The notes: generated from the letters alone by a model not told the origin. Shown: positions 33,007-44,748, counted from the stretch's first letter. The stretch: 64,000 bases of DNA from Lentilitoribacter sp. (GCA_039974935.1 JBDWIC010000006.1:93434-157433); one strand, 5' to 3'. A program made the numbers and translations.

Positions 33007-34334
33007 GTAATATTTTAGCGCGCGCAATATTGAGCGGGTATAGATGGACGGGTGCGGCTGTATATCCGCTACTGGGTCCGTATCTTGCTTATCGCGCTGC
33101 CAAAGGCAAAGAAGAGCGTGACAGACGCAGCGAACGCTATGGGCGCTCGCAAGTTGCACGTCCAAATGGTCCACTTATTTGGTTTCATGCGGCAAGTGTT
33201 GGTGAAACCATCGCTGTTATTCCATTGGTTGAAGAAGTTGTTAGCCGCAACATTTCTGTTGTCCTCACCACGGGCACGGTAACCTCGGCAAATATCTGTC
33301 AGGATCGCTTGGGTGATAAGGTTATTCACCAATATGTGCCGCTTGATCTAAAGCCTGCGATCAGTAACTTCCTTGACCATTGGAAACCAGATCTTGCTAT
33401 CATTTCTGAATCTGAAATTTGGCCGATGACGATTTTGGAGCTTGGCGCACGCCGTATGCCACAAATTTTGGTCAATGGACGTATGTCCGATAACTCATTT
33501 GTCCACTGGAACAGAAGTCCAGCTTTAGCCGAAGCTCTGTTTGAAAACCTATCACATGTCATTGCACAATCCGAGCTTGATGGTGAACGTTTTAGTGCTT
33601 TGGGTGCGCGTTCGGTCAGTGTTTCAGGTAACTTAAAAGTTGATACAGATCTGCCACCGTTTTCAGACGCTGATCTTGCAAATTTAAAAAAGCAGATAAG
33701 CTTAAGACCAAGTTGGGCATCTATATCAACATTTGAAGGTGAAGAAGCGATTGTTGCAGACACACTTTTAGATGTGAAGAAAACGATCAAAAATCCACTA
33801 GCGATAATCGTGCCGCGTCATGTTGAACGCTCTGATGCGATTGAAAAAATGCTCAACGACAAAGGGTTAAAAGTTGCGCGCCGTTCTCGTGGTGATCTCA
33901 TCACGCCGGATATTGATGTCTTTATTGGCGATACAACAGGTGAAATGGGGCTTTATCTGAGCCTCACAAATATTGTATTTGTGGGTAAGTCTTTAACAGG
34001 TGAGGGCGGACAAAATCCTTTAGAACCAGCTATGCTAGGATGTGCCATCCTATCGGGTCCAAACGTACAAAACTTCAGAGATTCCTATCGCGCATTGTTA
34101 CAAAACGGCGCGGCGCGTTTGGTCAAAGACGGTGATGGGCTTACAGCTTGTTTGATGTATTTATTAGAAAATGATGAAGTAAGAGACACGATGATTGAAG
34201 CGGGTCAATCAACGTTGCTAACCATGCGCGGATCATTGGATATTACGGTGAAGAACCTAGAACCCTATTTGACCCCATTGATGATTGAATCAAGTCTTCT
34301 ACGTTCCAGAAACAGCGATAAAGTTGGGAGTTAA
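33003..34334 (+). CDS. waaA: 3-deoxy-D-manno-octulosonic acid (Kdo) transferase
   Basis: WFHAASVGE motif, glycosyltransferase N and C domains (GGQNPLEPA). Confidence 0.9.
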   Translation: MSNILARAILSGYRWTGAAVYPLLGPYLAYRAAKGKEERDRRSERYGRSQVARPNGPLIWFHAASVGETIAVIPLVEEVVSRNISVVLTTGTVTSANICQDRLGDKVIHQYVPLDLKPAISNFLDHWKPDLAIISESEIWPMTILELGARRMPQILVNGRMSDNSFVHWNRSPALAEALFENLSHVIAQSELDGERFSALGARSVSVSGNLKVDTDLPPFSDADLANLKKQISLRPSWASISTFEGEEAIVADTLLDVKKTIKNPLAIIVPRHVERSDAIEKMLNDKGLKVARRSRGDLITPDIDVFIGDTTGEMGLYLSLTNIVFVGKSLTGEGGQNPLEPAMLGCAILSGPNVQNFRDSYRALLQNGAARLVKDGDGLTACLMYLLENDEVRDTMIEAGQSTLLTMRGSLDITVKNLEPYLTPLMIESSLLRSRNSDKVGS

Positions 34335-34336
34335 AA

Positions 34337-35368
34337 ATGGCGTCGGATGCTCCTCCCTTTTGGTATGAAACTCCTGGCTTAAAGTCATTTTTAATGTCGC
34401 CCTTTGGCTGGATTTATGGGTCTGTCGCAACGCGTCAGATGAAAAATGCCAAGCGCGAAGAACTTGAGATCCCCGTTCTATGTGTCGGTAACTTTACAGT
34501 TGGCGGAACTGGCAAAACACCAACGGCAATCACCATTGCAGAAGCTGCGATTGAAATGGGATTAAAACCTGGTTTTTTAACTCGGGGCTACGGCGGTGCA
34601 GTTTCAGAACCGACACTTGTCGACATTGATCACCATGGCGCAAAATATGTTGGTGATGAACCATTGTTACTGGCAGCTGTTGCGCCAACGGTTGTGTCTC
34701 CTGACCGGGTAAAAGGTGCTGAAAAGCTCATTGAGTTTGGTGTCGATATCATTTTAATGGATGATGGTTTTCAAAGCGCGCATTTGTGCTTTGATTTTGC
34801 GTTGCTTGTCGTTGATGCCTATCGCGGGCTGGGTAATGGCAAGGTCATCCCTGCAGGGCCGGTCCGTGCACCCTTAAAACGGCAAATGATGTATGTCGAT
34901 GCACTAGCCGTTGTTGGAGATGGGAGTGCCGCTGACCAGCTTATCCGCATCGCTGCGCGCTCAGCAAAGCCAGTTTACCCAGCATTGTTAAAACCAACCG
35001 TAAAGCAGAACTTTGCAGGTTTATCTTGCTTAGCTTTTGCAGGGATCGGCAATACGGAAAAGTTTTTCACGTCGCTGAAAGACTGTGGTGCAAATATTGA
35101 AATAAAGAAACCTTATCCTGATCATCATTATTATAGCGATGATGATATTAAAGAGTTGCTTGAGTTAGCTGATAAAAACGATCTGACATTGGTCACAACG
35201 GCCAAAGATTTTGTTCGCATCAAGTCCGGATTAGGGCTGTCGAAGGAATTGGCAGGGCGTGTGAAAGTGCTAGATATCAATATGGCTTTTGATGATTTTG
35301 GAACCAGCAAACTGCTGATCAAGCGCACAATTGAAAACTACAAAAAGCGTCGTTTGAAAAACAAATAG
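34337..35368 (+). CDS. lpxK: Tetraacyldisaccharide 4'-kinase
   Basis: P-loop VGNFTVGGTGKTP. RGYGG. DDGFQ. Confidence 0.9.
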   Translation: MASDAPPFWYETPGLKSFLMSPFGWIYGSVATRQMKNAKREELEIPVLCVGNFTVGGTGKTPTAITIAEAAIEMGLKPGFLTRGYGGAVSEPTLVDIDHHGAKYVGDEPLLLAAVAPTVVSPDRVKGAEKLIEFGVDIILMDDGFQSAHLCFDFALLVVDAYRGLGNGKVIPAGPVRAPLKRQMMYVDALAVVGDGSAADQLIRIAARSAKPVYPALLKPTVKQNFAGLSCLAFAGIGNTEKFFTSLKDCGANIEIKKPYPDHHYYSDDDIKELLELADKNDLTLVTTAKDFVRIKSGLGLSKELAGRVKVLDINMAFDDFGTSKLLIKRTIENYKKRRLKNK

Positions 35369-35376
35369 CTCTAATG

Positions 35377-35586
35377 CTACTTCGGTATATTTTGAAGTTC
35401 TGCGGTATAGGATGCATCTGCGTCGATATACGCTTCTTGCCGCGCAACACTCCAATATTTCAATTCATCAATTGGTATTCTTTGGCCTGTGACAGCGCAT
35501 AAAACATAACTACCTTGGACGATGATCTGAAAATCAGCATCTAGGTAGCGGATTTTTGCAGGTGCAGCACCATCAAACCTATTCAT
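35377..35586 (-). CDS. DUF2093-like small conserved protein
   Basis: 69 aa. YLDADFQIIVQGSYVLCAVTGQRIPIDELKYWSV...EAY pattern. Position between lpxK and mutL. Confidence 0.65.
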   Translation of the reverse strand: MNRFDGAAPAKIRYLDADFQIIVQGSYVLCAVTGQRIPIDELKYWSVARQEAYIDADASYTAELQNIPK

Positions 35587-35727
35587 GTTTGTTCCTTAGT
35601 TCCAATCGACTTTATGATGTGATCGATGTTATCGACCCAGCAGCATTTTATCTTTGATAATAGCCATCACGTTGCATTGCAATGTTTTATTGCACCCTAA
35701 TGTTGGGCTACAGGAAAGAAGACAGCA

Positions 35728-37539
35728 TTATCTTCGTGAAAATAGTTTTTCTATTTCCTCAAGTCCAAGCTCAATATAGGTGGGGCGACCGTGGTTGCAT
35801 TGCCCCGATCCTGGCGTATTTTCCATCTGCCGTAATAGTGCGTTCATCTCATCTGCTTGCATTCTTCGCCCTGAACGAACCGAGCCGTGGCATGCCATTG
35901 TCGATGCCACAGCTTCCAGTTTTTGTGCCAAACCAGATGCGTCATCCCATTCAGCGATTTCATCGCTTAGTTGCCTTAACAATGCCAATGCATCTGTCTC
36001 ACCAAGAATTGCAGGTGTTTCTCGAACGGCAATTGCGCCCGGGCCAAATCGTTCAATGGTAAGACCCAGCTTTGAAAAATCTTCGCCAAATTGCATTAAT
36101 CGATCGCATTCATCTTCGCTGAAATCGATAATTTCTGGAATGAGTAAGGCTTGTGCGGCAACTTCGTTGGAAAACAATGACTTTTTCATACGTTCATAAA
36201 CAATGCGCTCATGCGCTGCATGTTGATCTACAATAATCATTCCATCTTCTGTTTGAGATAGAATATAATTTTCATGGATCTGAGCTCGTGCTGCGCCCAA
36301 GCGTTTTTGAACCTCATCTGGCTTTGCTTCTTGAGTTTCAAACCTTGCTGATGGTGCCTCAGTGCTTGTAAATGTCGATTGCGGGGTTTCACCAAACCCA
36401 TCATTTAAAGGTCGTGATGGTGAACGTTCAGAAGACCAATCTCTAGATTGCGGAGTGCCAAAATCTCGTTGTTGCCAATTGGTACTCGGTGGTGTGTTCT
36501 CTTCAACACGAAATGCACTGATCATATCACTTGCTGCTGTGCTTGAAGATCTGTCACCGGAAATTCCAAGGGATTGGCGAATTGCACCAATGATTAAACC
36601 GCGCACCATTTGTGGATCTCGAAACCTTACGTCAGCTTTTGCGGGATGGACATTGACATCAACAAGTGCGGGGTCAAGCGAAATAAACAATACTGCGACT
36701 GGGTATCGCCCTTTTGGAAGGCGATCTGAATAGGCAGCCCGTAATGCAGATAAAACCATCTTATCTTGGATGGGACGGCCATTTACATAGGCAAATTGGT
36801 GGAGCGAATTTCCACGGTTAAAGGTTGGTACTCCGATATATCCCCCAAGGGATATCGTCTCGCGGACTGCATCAATTTCAATAGTATTATCGGCAAAATC
36901 CCTGCCTAGAACTTGTGAAATTCTTGCCAGTTGATCTTCACCGGTTGATTTAAACTCAATGCTGGATCGGTCCGGCCCTGAAAGTGAAAAATGAATGTGC
37001 GGAAAAGCGATTGCAATTCGTTTGATCACATCTGCAATTGCGGTATTTTCTGCGCGATCGCTTTTCATAAATTTAAGCCGTGCAGGCGTTGCAAAAAACA
37101 AGTCGCGGACTTCGATGAGAGTGCCAGGATTTGTGGCTTTTGGACGAACTTGTGACACCGAGCCACCATTTACTGAAATTTCATAGCCAATCTCAGCATC
37201 TGGTAATCTGCTTCTGATATTGAGCTTTGACACCGAACCAATGGATGGTAGCGCTTCGCCGCGGAATCCTAGCGAGCTTATATCATCTAACCGATCGTCA
37301 ATTTTTGACGTACAATGCCTTTCGATGGCAAGTCGCAATTCGTCCTTACTCATCCCGCTGCCATTATCAATAACGCGCAGGAGTGCCTTGCCACCCGAAG
37401 CAGTTGCGATTTCAATACGGTTTGCACCGGCATCAATTGAGTTTTCGACAAGTTCCTTGATCACACTTGCCGGGCGTTCCACAACTTCGCCTGCGGCGAT
37501 TTGATTAACAAGTGTGTCTGATAAGCGTTTTATGGTCAT
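35728..37539 (-). CDS. mutL: DNA mismatch repair endonuclease MutL
   Basis: GHKL ATPase N-terminus ([26 protein letters not shown]). C-terminal endonuclease motif [19 protein letters not shown]. Confidence 0.95.
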   Translation of the reverse strand: MTIKRLSDTLVNQIAAGEVVERPASVIKELVENSIDAGANRIEIATASGGKALLRVIDNGSGMSKDELRLAIERHCTSKIDDRLDDISSLGFRGEALPSIGSVSKLNIRSRLPDAEIGYEISVNGGSVSQVRPKATNPGTLIEVRDLFFATPARLKFMKSDRAENTAIADVIKRIAIAFPHIHFSLSGPDRSSIEFKSTGEDQLARISQVLGRDFADNTIEIDAVRETISLGGYIGVPTFNRGNSLHQFAYVNGRPIQDKMVLSALRAAYSDRLPKGRYPVAVLFISLDPALVDVNVHPAKADVRFRDPQMVRGLIIGAIRQSLGISGDRSSSTAASDMISAFRVEENTPPSTNWQQRDFGTPQSRDWSSERSPSRPLNDGFGETPQSTFTSTEAPSARFETQEAKPDEVQKRLGAARAQIHENYILSQTEDGMIIVDQHAAHERIVYERMKKSLFSNEVAAQALLIPEIIDFSEDECDRLMQFGEDFSKLGLTIERFGPGAIAVRETPAILGETDALALLRQLSDEIAEWDDASGLAQKLEAVASTMACHGSVRSGRRMQADEMNALLRQMENTPGSGQCNHGRPTYIELGLEEIEKLFSRR

Positions 37540-37644
37540 GGCTCTATTGTCATGGATTCGAATAAATGAGAAAAGAGGTTTCGTCCATTTTTCGAATACA
37601 CTTCACATTATTTGCATCATAATTTGCAAGAAAGGCCATAATCA

Positions 37645-38925
37645 ATGTCCTCCTGTGATAAAATTATCGCTGAACTTAAGTCTTTATTCCACCATGGCCT
37701 AGGTGTTGCAGATCCTATCAATTGCGTTCCACCGCATTTACCGCAAAAACCTAGAGGTCGTGTCCTAGTGATTTCTGCAGGAAAAGCAGCTGCTTCCATG
37801 GCGCATGCTGTTGAGCAAAAATGGGGTGCTGGTCTTGAAGGTATTGCAGTCACTCGTTACGGGCATGGCAAAGATTGCCAATCAATTGAAGTTATTGAAG
37901 CTGCACATCCTGTGCCGGATAACCGCGGAGAGATCGCAGCTAAAAGACTGCTAGAGGTTGCCAATACACTTGAAGAAGATGATTTGCTTTTGTGTTTGAT
38001 ATCAGGTGGTGGTTCAGCTTTGCTCGGTTTAGCGGCCGATGGTCTGACATTTGAAGACAAGAAGGCGATTAATAAGGCGCTTTTGGCATCTGGTGCACCA
38101 ATTGGCGAGATGAATATTGTACGCAAGCACTTATCCGCCATTAAAGGCGGACGATTGGCAAAAGCTGCATATCCGGCAAAAATACTTACAATGGCGATAT
38201 CAGATGTTCCAGGAGATGATCCATCGGTCATTGCTTCGGGGCCAACGGTTCCCGATGAAAGTACAAGCGAGCAAGCGATTGAGATCATAGATAGATACGG
38301 TATCTCAATTCCTAAACATGTGCGTGCGCATCTTGAAAACCCATCAAGTGAAACGCCGAAGCCCGGGGATGAGGTTTTTGAAAAGTCCGAGGTCGTGATG
38401 GTCGCAAGACCGGTTGATATGGTCAATTCAGTTTGTGAGAAAGCGGAAAGCCAAGGGTACAATGTTATTAACCTTGGCGCTGATATTGAAGGTGAAGCAA
38501 AAGAAGTTGGTCAACAACAGGCTAAAATGGCGCTTGATTATCAGGCAGATATGAAAGTTGGTGATAAGCCGATAGTGATTATCTCTGGCGGTGAAACAAC
38601 GGTCACGATTACCGGCGAAGGCGGCAAAGGTGGGCGCAATTGTGAATATATCCTATCACTGGCTGTTGCACTTAATGGTGCTGAAAATATTCACGCACTT
38701 GCATGCGATACAGATGGCATTGATGGCAGTGAAGATGTTGCTGGCGCAATCATCACGCCAAATACTCTTGAACGTGCAAAACTAGCGGGTTACTCAGCGC
38801 AAGAAATACTCGCAAAACACGATTCTTATACACTGTTTCAAGCTTTAGGCGATTTGTATAAAACAGGCCCAACACTGACCAATGTCAATGATTTGCGCGT
38901 GATTTACATCACAAAATGCACTTAA
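37645..38925 (+). CDS. Glycerate 2-kinase / hydroxypyruvate reductase-type protein (DUF4147 + MOFRL)
   Basis: VISAGKAA..M, ISGGGSAL, and a C-terminal MOFRL domain (ISGGETTVT..G.GKGGRN.E, DTDGIDG, TGPT.TNVND). Confidence 0.85.
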   Translation: MSSCDKIIAELKSLFHHGLGVADPINCVPPHLPQKPRGRVLVISAGKAAASMAHAVEQKWGAGLEGIAVTRYGHGKDCQSIEVIEAAHPVPDNRGEIAAKRLLEVANTLEEDDLLLCLISGGGSALLGLAADGLTFEDKKAINKALLASGAPIGEMNIVRKHLSAIKGGRLAKAAYPAKILTMAISDVPGDDPSVIASGPTVPDESTSEQAIEIIDRYGISIPKHVRAHLENPSSETPKPGDEVFEKSEVVMVARPVDMVNSVCEKAESQGYNVINLGADIEGEAKEVGQQQAKMALDYQADMKVGDKPIVIISGGETTVTITGEGGKGGRNCEYILSLAVALNGAENIHALACDTDGIDGSEDVAGAIITPNTLERAKLAGYSAQEILAKHDSYTLFQALGDLYKTGPTLTNVNDLRVIYITKCT

Positions 38926-39049
38926 ACTCCAAAACTTTGCCCATAATCTGAGGAATAGCTGATAGTATAAAATTAACAATTGTCCCTTAACTATAGTTGC
39001 ACAAACGAAAACATTAGTAATTAAATGTGGAACTGGGGTTTCTGATTAA

Positions 39050-40405
39050 ATGGATTTGGCATCCACAAGATCAAACGATATAGCGGAAGATGTATCACGG
39101 TTTACCGATCCATTGACAGGTTTGGGCAATCGTCGACGCTTGATCGATAAGATACTGCGTTTGGTTGATGAACGCGCTATGGACCCTGCACCATTTACAG
39201 TCGGCATCATGAATATTGATGGGTTTAAACCTATCAATGATTTATTTGGACATGCAGCTGGTGATGAGATTTTAAGCCAGATCGCCCATCGCTTGAAAAG
39301 TTGCCTTCCGGAAGGTGCCACATGTGCACGCCTGACCGGCGATGAATTCGGTTTTCTACTACCTTTGGTTTTTGACAAGGACAACGCCACAAAGCTTGGG
39401 AAAGTTTTGGCTGAAGTATGTTCAGCACCATACGATTTGGGTGATAGAAATGTTCGCTTGTCATCTTCATTTGGGTTCTCCATCTACCCATTTGCCGGTG
39501 AAGACGAAAATTCTCTGCTTGAGAGTGCGGACACAGCGCTTTATCGCTCTAAGCGTCGTGGGCGCAATCAAATTACCGTTTATTCAGAAGAAATAGCTGA
39601 TCAGATCAAACGAGGTACGCAGATTGAACAGGCTTTACGCCGCGCAATCACCGCGGATGAAGTTGAAGTTCATTTCCAACCGATCATCGATTTATCAACC
39701 AATATACCTGTCGGGTTTGAAGGTTTGGCGCGTTGGACAGATCGCGAACTCGGCTTTGTTTCCCCTGGTGCTTTTATTCCTCTGGCAGAAGAGCGTGGAT
39801 TTATTGATAGCTTAACTGAGGTGCTACTTAAAAAAGCAGTGAAGGTTGCGCAAACGTGGCCAGAAGGCATGTTTTTGTCCTTTAATCTATCATCCGCACA
39901 ACTTGTTGATCCAAGTACGGCATCTTCGATTATTCAGATCTTACATCGCTCAGGTATTGACGCTCGCGCGGTTGAAATGGAAATCACCGAAACCGCGATG
40001 ATGACCGATCCTGATACGGCTAACAAAATCATGAACGAGCTGCGTGCAGCCGGTGTTGGTATTTCATTAGATGATTTTGGAACTGGACAATCAAGTCTTG
40101 GCCGATTGCGAGATTTCGCATTTGATAAGGTTAAGATTGACCGCGCATTCGTGAGCAAGATCACCGATGATCGCCCAACAGAACACATTGTGAAAGCGAT
40201 TTTGACGATGTGTTATGGTCTGGATCTTTTAGCAGTTGCTGAAGGCATCGAAACGGAAGAACAAGCCGACATGCTACGCGAAATGGGCTGTGCCTATGGA
40301 CAAGGGTATCTCTTTGGTAAAGCGCAAAACGCAAAAGATACTTGCATGTATTTGGAAACATTAGGTATTTTGCCGCGCGGCTCATCGCTGACGTTTCAGT
40401 ATTAA
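39050..40405 (+). CDS. GGDEF-EAL protein with degenerate GGDEF (TGDEF); likely c-di-GMP phosphodiesterase
   Basis: GGDEF domain starts at residue ~20 (DPLTGLGNRR) and its A-site reads RLTGDEFGF. The EAL domain has EGLAR, N (SFNLS), EITE, DDFGTG, KIDR, EGIE and QGY. Confidence 0.9.
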   Translation: MDLASTRSNDIAEDVSRFTDPLTGLGNRRRLIDKILRLVDERAMDPAPFTVGIMNIDGFKPINDLFGHAAGDEILSQIAHRLKSCLPEGATCARLTGDEFGFLLPLVFDKDNATKLGKVLAEVCSAPYDLGDRNVRLSSSFGFSIYPFAGEDENSLLESADTALYRSKRRGRNQITVYSEEIADQIKRGTQIEQALRRAITADEVEVHFQPIIDLSTNIPVGFEGLARWTDRELGFVSPGAFIPLAEERGFIDSLTEVLLKKAVKVAQTWPEGMFLSFNLSSAQLVDPSTASSIIQILHRSGIDARAVEMEITETAMMTDPDTANKIMNELRAAGVGISLDDFGTGQSSLGRLRDFAFDKVKIDRAFVSKITDDRPTEHIVKAILTMCYGLDLLAVAEGIETEEQADMLREMGCAYGQGYLFGKAQNAKDTCMYLETLGILPRGSSLTFQY

Positions 40406-40408
40406 AAG

Positions 40409-41824
40409 CTAAGCCTTAAGTAGCGCCTGTAGTTTCCCGTATTCTCTGATCTGCTCAATTTTATTTTCAAATGCTGACCAATCATCGTTTTCGGCGATCT
40501 CTGACCAGATATCCTCAACTTCATCTATGAGCAATCTCGCAGCTTTTGAACCGGGCTTTGTAAGCTCATGATCAAGATAAGCATCAATATTTGGCAAGGC
40601 TTTGCATTTGCGGATATTCGTGATCAGAACACCCATTTCTCCCGTTTTATAAAATTCTGCATTGGGGCTTTGGGAGAGCCTTTCCTCTTTCGCGCCGCCC
40701 GCAAAATCAAAAAATGCCTGTTCAAATAGGGCATCGCTGGCTTGGAGCGTTTTATAATAAAGCGGAATGAGCGGATGTGGTTCAGAACCTACATCTTCAA
40801 GCCCAAGGCGTTTTAACGTGAGCGTTTGAAGCTCCGCCTCAAAGATAGGTGAATAGCCCTCGATTGCTGATTTAAGCTCATCAATGTCACAAAGCGGGAT
40901 CAAACACTCCGCCAATCGCGCCAAATTCCATTGTAAAGCATCAGGCTGGCGCCCAAAGGCATAAAGACCAGAATGATCAAAATAGGCAGCGGTAAAATCT
41001 GCATCTAAGTTGGGTAAAAACCGCCAAGGTCCATAATCAAAGCTCTCGCCTGTAATGGTGATATTGTCGGTGTTAAGTACACCGTGCACAAACCCTGCGA
41101 CAAACCATTGCGCACCCATTTTTGCAACGGCTTTCACCACCAGTTTATAAAAAGCCAAAACAGGATTGTCAGATTGTTTTGCCTCAGGCCAATAGTTTTC
41201 AATCGAGTAATTAACCAGTTTCTCAATGCTTTTGTGATCTTCAAGGTATAATAGCCGCTGGAAAGTTCCGATACGAATATGGCTGTGATTAAGCCGAACC
41301 AAAACACTTGATCGTGCTGGGGAGGGTTCATCATTGCGATAAAGCCGTTCACCTGTCTCTATCAAGCTAAAACTCTTTGATGTGTTGACCCCAAGGGCTG
41401 TCAGTAATTCTGTTGCCAAAACTTCACGCACGCCACCCTTAAGCGTTAGGCGCCCATCGCCTGCGCGCGACCATGGCGTTTGACCTGATCCTTTTGTGCC
41501 CAAATCCAACAGACGATTTTGGTCATCCATTAATTGCGCGAATAAAAAACCGCGACCGTCACCAAGTTCGGGATTATAGTTTCGAAACTGGTGACCATGA
41601 TATCTTAGCGCCAAGGGTTGAGGTAGATTATTTGGCAATGGTTTGAAACGACCAAAATGCGAGAGCCACTCAGCTTCAGAGAGATCATTGAGTCCTACGG
41701 TTTCAGCCGCTTTTTGGTTACGATACCGCAAAATAGTTTGAGGAAAATCTGCCGCTTTCACAGGATCAAAGAATGCGTTTCCTAAATTAAGATGCTGTGT
41801 GGAGGGGCTATACTTATGGGGCAT
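40409..41824 (-). CDS. selO: Protein adenylyltransferase SelO (YdiU)
   Basis: 471 aa. GDGRGFLFAQL, GSGQTPWSRAGDGR, HGVLNTDN pseudokinase-fold motifs. Confidence 0.9.
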   Translation of the reverse strand: MPHKYSPSTQHLNLGNAFFDPVKAADFPQTILRYRNQKAAETVGLNDLSEAEWLSHFGRFKPLPNNLPQPLALRYHGHQFRNYNPELGDGRGFLFAQLMDDQNRLLDLGTKGSGQTPWSRAGDGRLTLKGGVREVLATELLTALGVNTSKSFSLIETGERLYRNDEPSPARSSVLVRLNHSHIRIGTFQRLLYLEDHKSIEKLVNYSIENYWPEAKQSDNPVLAFYKLVVKAVAKMGAQWFVAGFVHGVLNTDNITITGESFDYGPWRFLPNLDADFTAAYFDHSGLYAFGRQPDALQWNLARLAECLIPLCDIDELKSAIEGYSPIFEAELQTLTLKRLGLEDVGSEPHPLIPLYYKTLQASDALFEQAFFDFAGGAKEERLSQSPNAEFYKTGEMGVLITNIRKCKALPNIDAYLDHELTKPGSKAARLLIDEVEDIWSEIAENDDWSAFENKIEQIREYGKLQALLKA

Positions 41825-41898
41825 GCTTTGATCTCTAAATACGAATTATTATAGTATCGTACATTTAGGGTGCCAGAGCGCAAGTTGTAATGGGTAAA

Positions 41899-41928
41899 TA
41901 AAAAAGAGCGCCAATCAGATTGGCGCTC
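41899..41928 (-). terminator. Rho-independent terminator after xylA
   Basis: Minus-strand hairpin gagcgccaa-tctga-ttggcgctc followed by tttttt. Confidence 0.75.
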
Positions 41929-41977
41929 ATCTTCGAATACAAATGTATTCACAGGGAGGATTTTATCAAATTAGTTT

Positions 41978-43291
41978 TTAAACAAAACGATTGATAACGT
42001 TTTCTAGGTATTCTTGACGTCCTGAAATTGGCTCAGGATTCACATCTGCTTGCTCAACATAACTTGAAATTTCTTCAAGACCATATTCTCCGTTGAGCAT
42101 CTTTTGTGCTTCATCGCCTTTCCAACCGGCATAACGATCTTCAACAAAGTTATCGAGTGTACCATCTTCGATCATCGCAGCTGCAGCTTTAATACCACGA
42201 GCACATATATCCATGCCACCAATATGGCCATGCAATAGATCTTCAGCATCTGTTGATTGACGACGAATTTTCGCATCAAAGTTCGTGCCGCCTGTCTTAA
42301 GTCCACCATCCTTTAAGATGTGGTAGTATGCGAGCGCAACTTCAGGAACATTATTCGGGAACTGATCAGTATCCCATCCGGACTGGTAGTCATTCCGGTT
42401 CATATCAATTGAACCTAAAATTCCAAGGCTGGCAGCTGTTGCAATTTCATGCTCAAAACTGTGACCAGCAAGGATCGCATGCCCTTGCTCAAGATTGAGC
42501 TTCACTTCATTTTCCAAACCGTGTCGCTTTAGGAAACCGTAACAGGTAGCGGCATCATAGTCATATTGATGTTTGCTTGGTTCCTGTGGTTTTGGCTCAA
42601 CAAGAATGGTGCCTTTAAAACCAATTTGGTGCTTATACTCAACCACCATGTTGAGCATACGGCCCATTTGCGCATCTTCTTTGCCAAGATCAGTATTGAG
42701 CAGTGTTTCATAGCCCTCGCGACCACCCCAGAGGACGTAATTCTCACCGCCCAATTTATGTGTCGCATCCATGCACGACTTAATTGTAGCGGCTGAATAA
42801 GCAAACACATCCGGATCAGGATTTGTGCTCGCACCTGACATAAAGCGCTTATGAGAAAACAGATTTGCTGTTCCCCACAGTAGTTTCATGCCTGTTTCAG
42901 CTTGTTTTTGTTCAAAAATTTCAACGATTTCTTCTAAGTTACGTTTGCTTTCAGCAAAGTTACTGCCTTCGGGACGGACATCAGCATCATGGAAGCAATA
43001 GTAGGGTGCACCCAAAATTTCAAACATATCGAAAGCCACATCAGCTTTCAGTTTTGCTTTGCCCATCTCATCTTGCGGATACCAAGGTCTGTCAAACGTG
43101 CGGCCGCCAAATGGATCGCCACCTTCCCAAGCAAATGAATGCCAATAAGCAACTGCAAACCGCAAGTGATCTTCCATGCGTTTGCCCATGACCATTTCAT
43201 CGGGATTGTAGTGACGAAAAGCCATTGGTTTGGTGCTTTCCGGCCCTTCATATTTTATTTTCTCGATCCCTGAAAAGAAATCTGTTTTCAT
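41978..43291 (-). CDS. xylA: Xylose isomerase
   Basis: 437 aa. [19 protein letters not shown]-like metal site context ([18 protein letters not shown]). Confidence 0.95.
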   Translation of the reverse strand: MKTDFFSGIEKIKYEGPESTKPMAFRHYNPDEMVMGKRMEDHLRFAVAYWHSFAWEGGDPFGGRTFDRPWYPQDEMGKAKLKADVAFDMFEILGAPYYCFHDADVRPEGSNFAESKRNLEEIVEIFEQKQAETGMKLLWGTANLFSHKRFMSGASTNPDPDVFAYSAATIKSCMDATHKLGGENYVLWGGREGYETLLNTDLGKEDAQMGRMLNMVVEYKHQIGFKGTILVEPKPQEPSKHQYDYDAATCYGFLKRHGLENEVKLNLEQGHAILAGHSFEHEIATAASLGILGSIDMNRNDYQSGWDTDQFPNNVPEVALAYYHILKDGGLKTGGTNFDAKIRRQSTDAEDLLHGHIGGMDICARGIKAAAAMIEDGTLDNFVEDRYAGWKGDEAQKMLNGEYGLEEISSYVEQADVNPEPISGRQEYLENVINRFV

Positions 43292-44748
43292 GAGTATACT
43301 CCTCTTAATGCAGGATATAACGCGCGATATTGTTGATAGGCGTCATCAAATTCCTGGCTCATATTTAAATTTGGTTCAAAACTTTTTGCTGTTTTTGGCA
43401 AAGACATAATCTGCTCAATTGGTGTTGAGGAAACAGATGCTTGGGCTAAGCGGGCTGCGCCAAATGCTGCACCAAAATCACCCTGTTCAGGCAGATCAAT
43501 GGGCTTACCCAAAATGGTTGCCAGCAGGCTCAACCAATAATTTGAACGTGAGCCACCGCCAACAGCGATGATCCGATCAAGTTCAGTCCCTGCTTGTCGC
43601 AAAGCTTCCAAATTATCGCGCAGTGCAAAGCTTACGCCTTCTATCACTGATTGGGTCAAATCTTCTGGAGTGCTTGCGATATCAATGTTGGAAAATGAAC
43701 CACGGATATTGCTGTCATTATGCGGTGTGCGTTCACCAGAGAGATAGGGAAGAAATTTCACCGCATTGGGTGATTTCACATCAGACCCAAGAGCCGCCGT
43801 CAGTTCAGATGGTTTTTGTCCCGTGATATTTGATAACCAGTTTAAGCTATCTGTTGCGGACAAAATCACACCCATTTGATGCCATATTGAAGGGATGGCA
43901 TGGCAAAATGTATGCACAGCGCTTTCTGGATCTGGGCGATAAGAATTATTCGCAGCAAATAGAACACCAGATGTGCCTAAAGACACAAACGCTTCACCTT
44001 CGCCGGTTGCACCGATGCCACAAGCCGATGCTGCATTATCACCTGCTCCACCTGCAACGACCACACCTTTTGGCATGCCAAATTCAGACGCTAATTCTGA
44101 TCTCAATTCACCCGATGCCTCACTGCCTTCAACGAGGCTTGGCATTTGCTCTTTCGACATCCCTGATGCATCAAGCAGCTCATTTGACCAGTCGCGTTTT
44201 GCAACATCAAGCCAGGATGTACCCGCAGCATCTGACATTTCAGACACGTGTTCACCAGTTAGCCAAAGGCGTAAGAAATCTTTTGGTAATAATACTTTTG
44301 CAGTTCTATCAAAAATATCTGCTTCATTGTTTTTAACCCAAGCAAGCTTTGGTGCGGTAAATCCTGGGAAAACAATATTGCCGGATAATTTTCTGAAAAT
44401 TGGATTCTCATCAAAGGCTCTAGCCTCTTTTGATGAGCGTGTATCATTCCATAAGATACAAGGCCGTAGAACATTATCAGACGCATCAATCAGCGTAGCG
44501 CCATGCATATGTCCAGAAATGCTGATGGCTTTGACCAATGACATTTCATCCGCATGCTCAGTTTTTAAAGATGATAGCGCTGTGCGACAACCATCAATCC
44601 AATCCTGAGGGTTTTGTTCTGACCACCCAATATGTGGACGGGTGACATCATAATGGGCTTCAGCAGATGCCAGCATGATTTGATTCTCATTCATCAAAAC
44701 TGCTCGAACACCTGATGTGCCAAGATCTAAACCTATAAACATTCCCAC
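43288..44748 (-). CDS. xylB: Xylulokinase (FGGY family)
   Basis: [11 protein letters not shown]-terminus, FGGY C-terminal [13 protein letters not shown] overlap with xylA. Confidence 0.9.
   Translation of the reverse strand: MGMFIGLDLGTSGVRAVLMNENQIMLASAEAHYDVTRPHIGWSEQNPQDWIDGCRTALSSLKTEHADEMSLVKAISISGHMHGATLIDASDNVLRPCILWNDTRSSKEARAFDENPIFRKLSGNIVFPGFTAPKLAWVKNNEADIFDRTAKVLLPKDFLRLWLTGEHVSEMSDAAGTSWLDVAKRDWSNELLDASGMSKEQMPSLVEGSEASGELRSELASEFGMPKGVVVAGGAGDNAASACGIGATGEGEAFVSLGTSGVLFAANNSYRPDPESAVHTFCHAIPSIWHQMGVILSATDSLNWLSNITGQKPSELTAALGSDVKSPNAVKFLPYLSGERTPHNDSNIRGSFSNIDIASTPEDLTQSVIEGVSFALRDNLEALRQAGTELDRIIAVGGGSRSNYWLSLLATILGKPIDLPEQGDFGAAFGAARLAQASVSSTPIEQIMSLPKTAKSFEPNLNMSQEFDDAYQQYRALYPALRGVYS

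Noticed and set aside
37857-38462. 201-aa ORF antisense to the glycerate kinase gene
   Set aside because: Same reasoning: an embedded antisense frame with low complexity (S/A/P-rich), no start context and no family resemblance.
43973-44608. 211-aa ORF antisense to xylB
   Set aside because: It is embedded in xylB, Ser/Pro/Ala-rich, and has no motifs. This is typical of a spurious antisense ORF.
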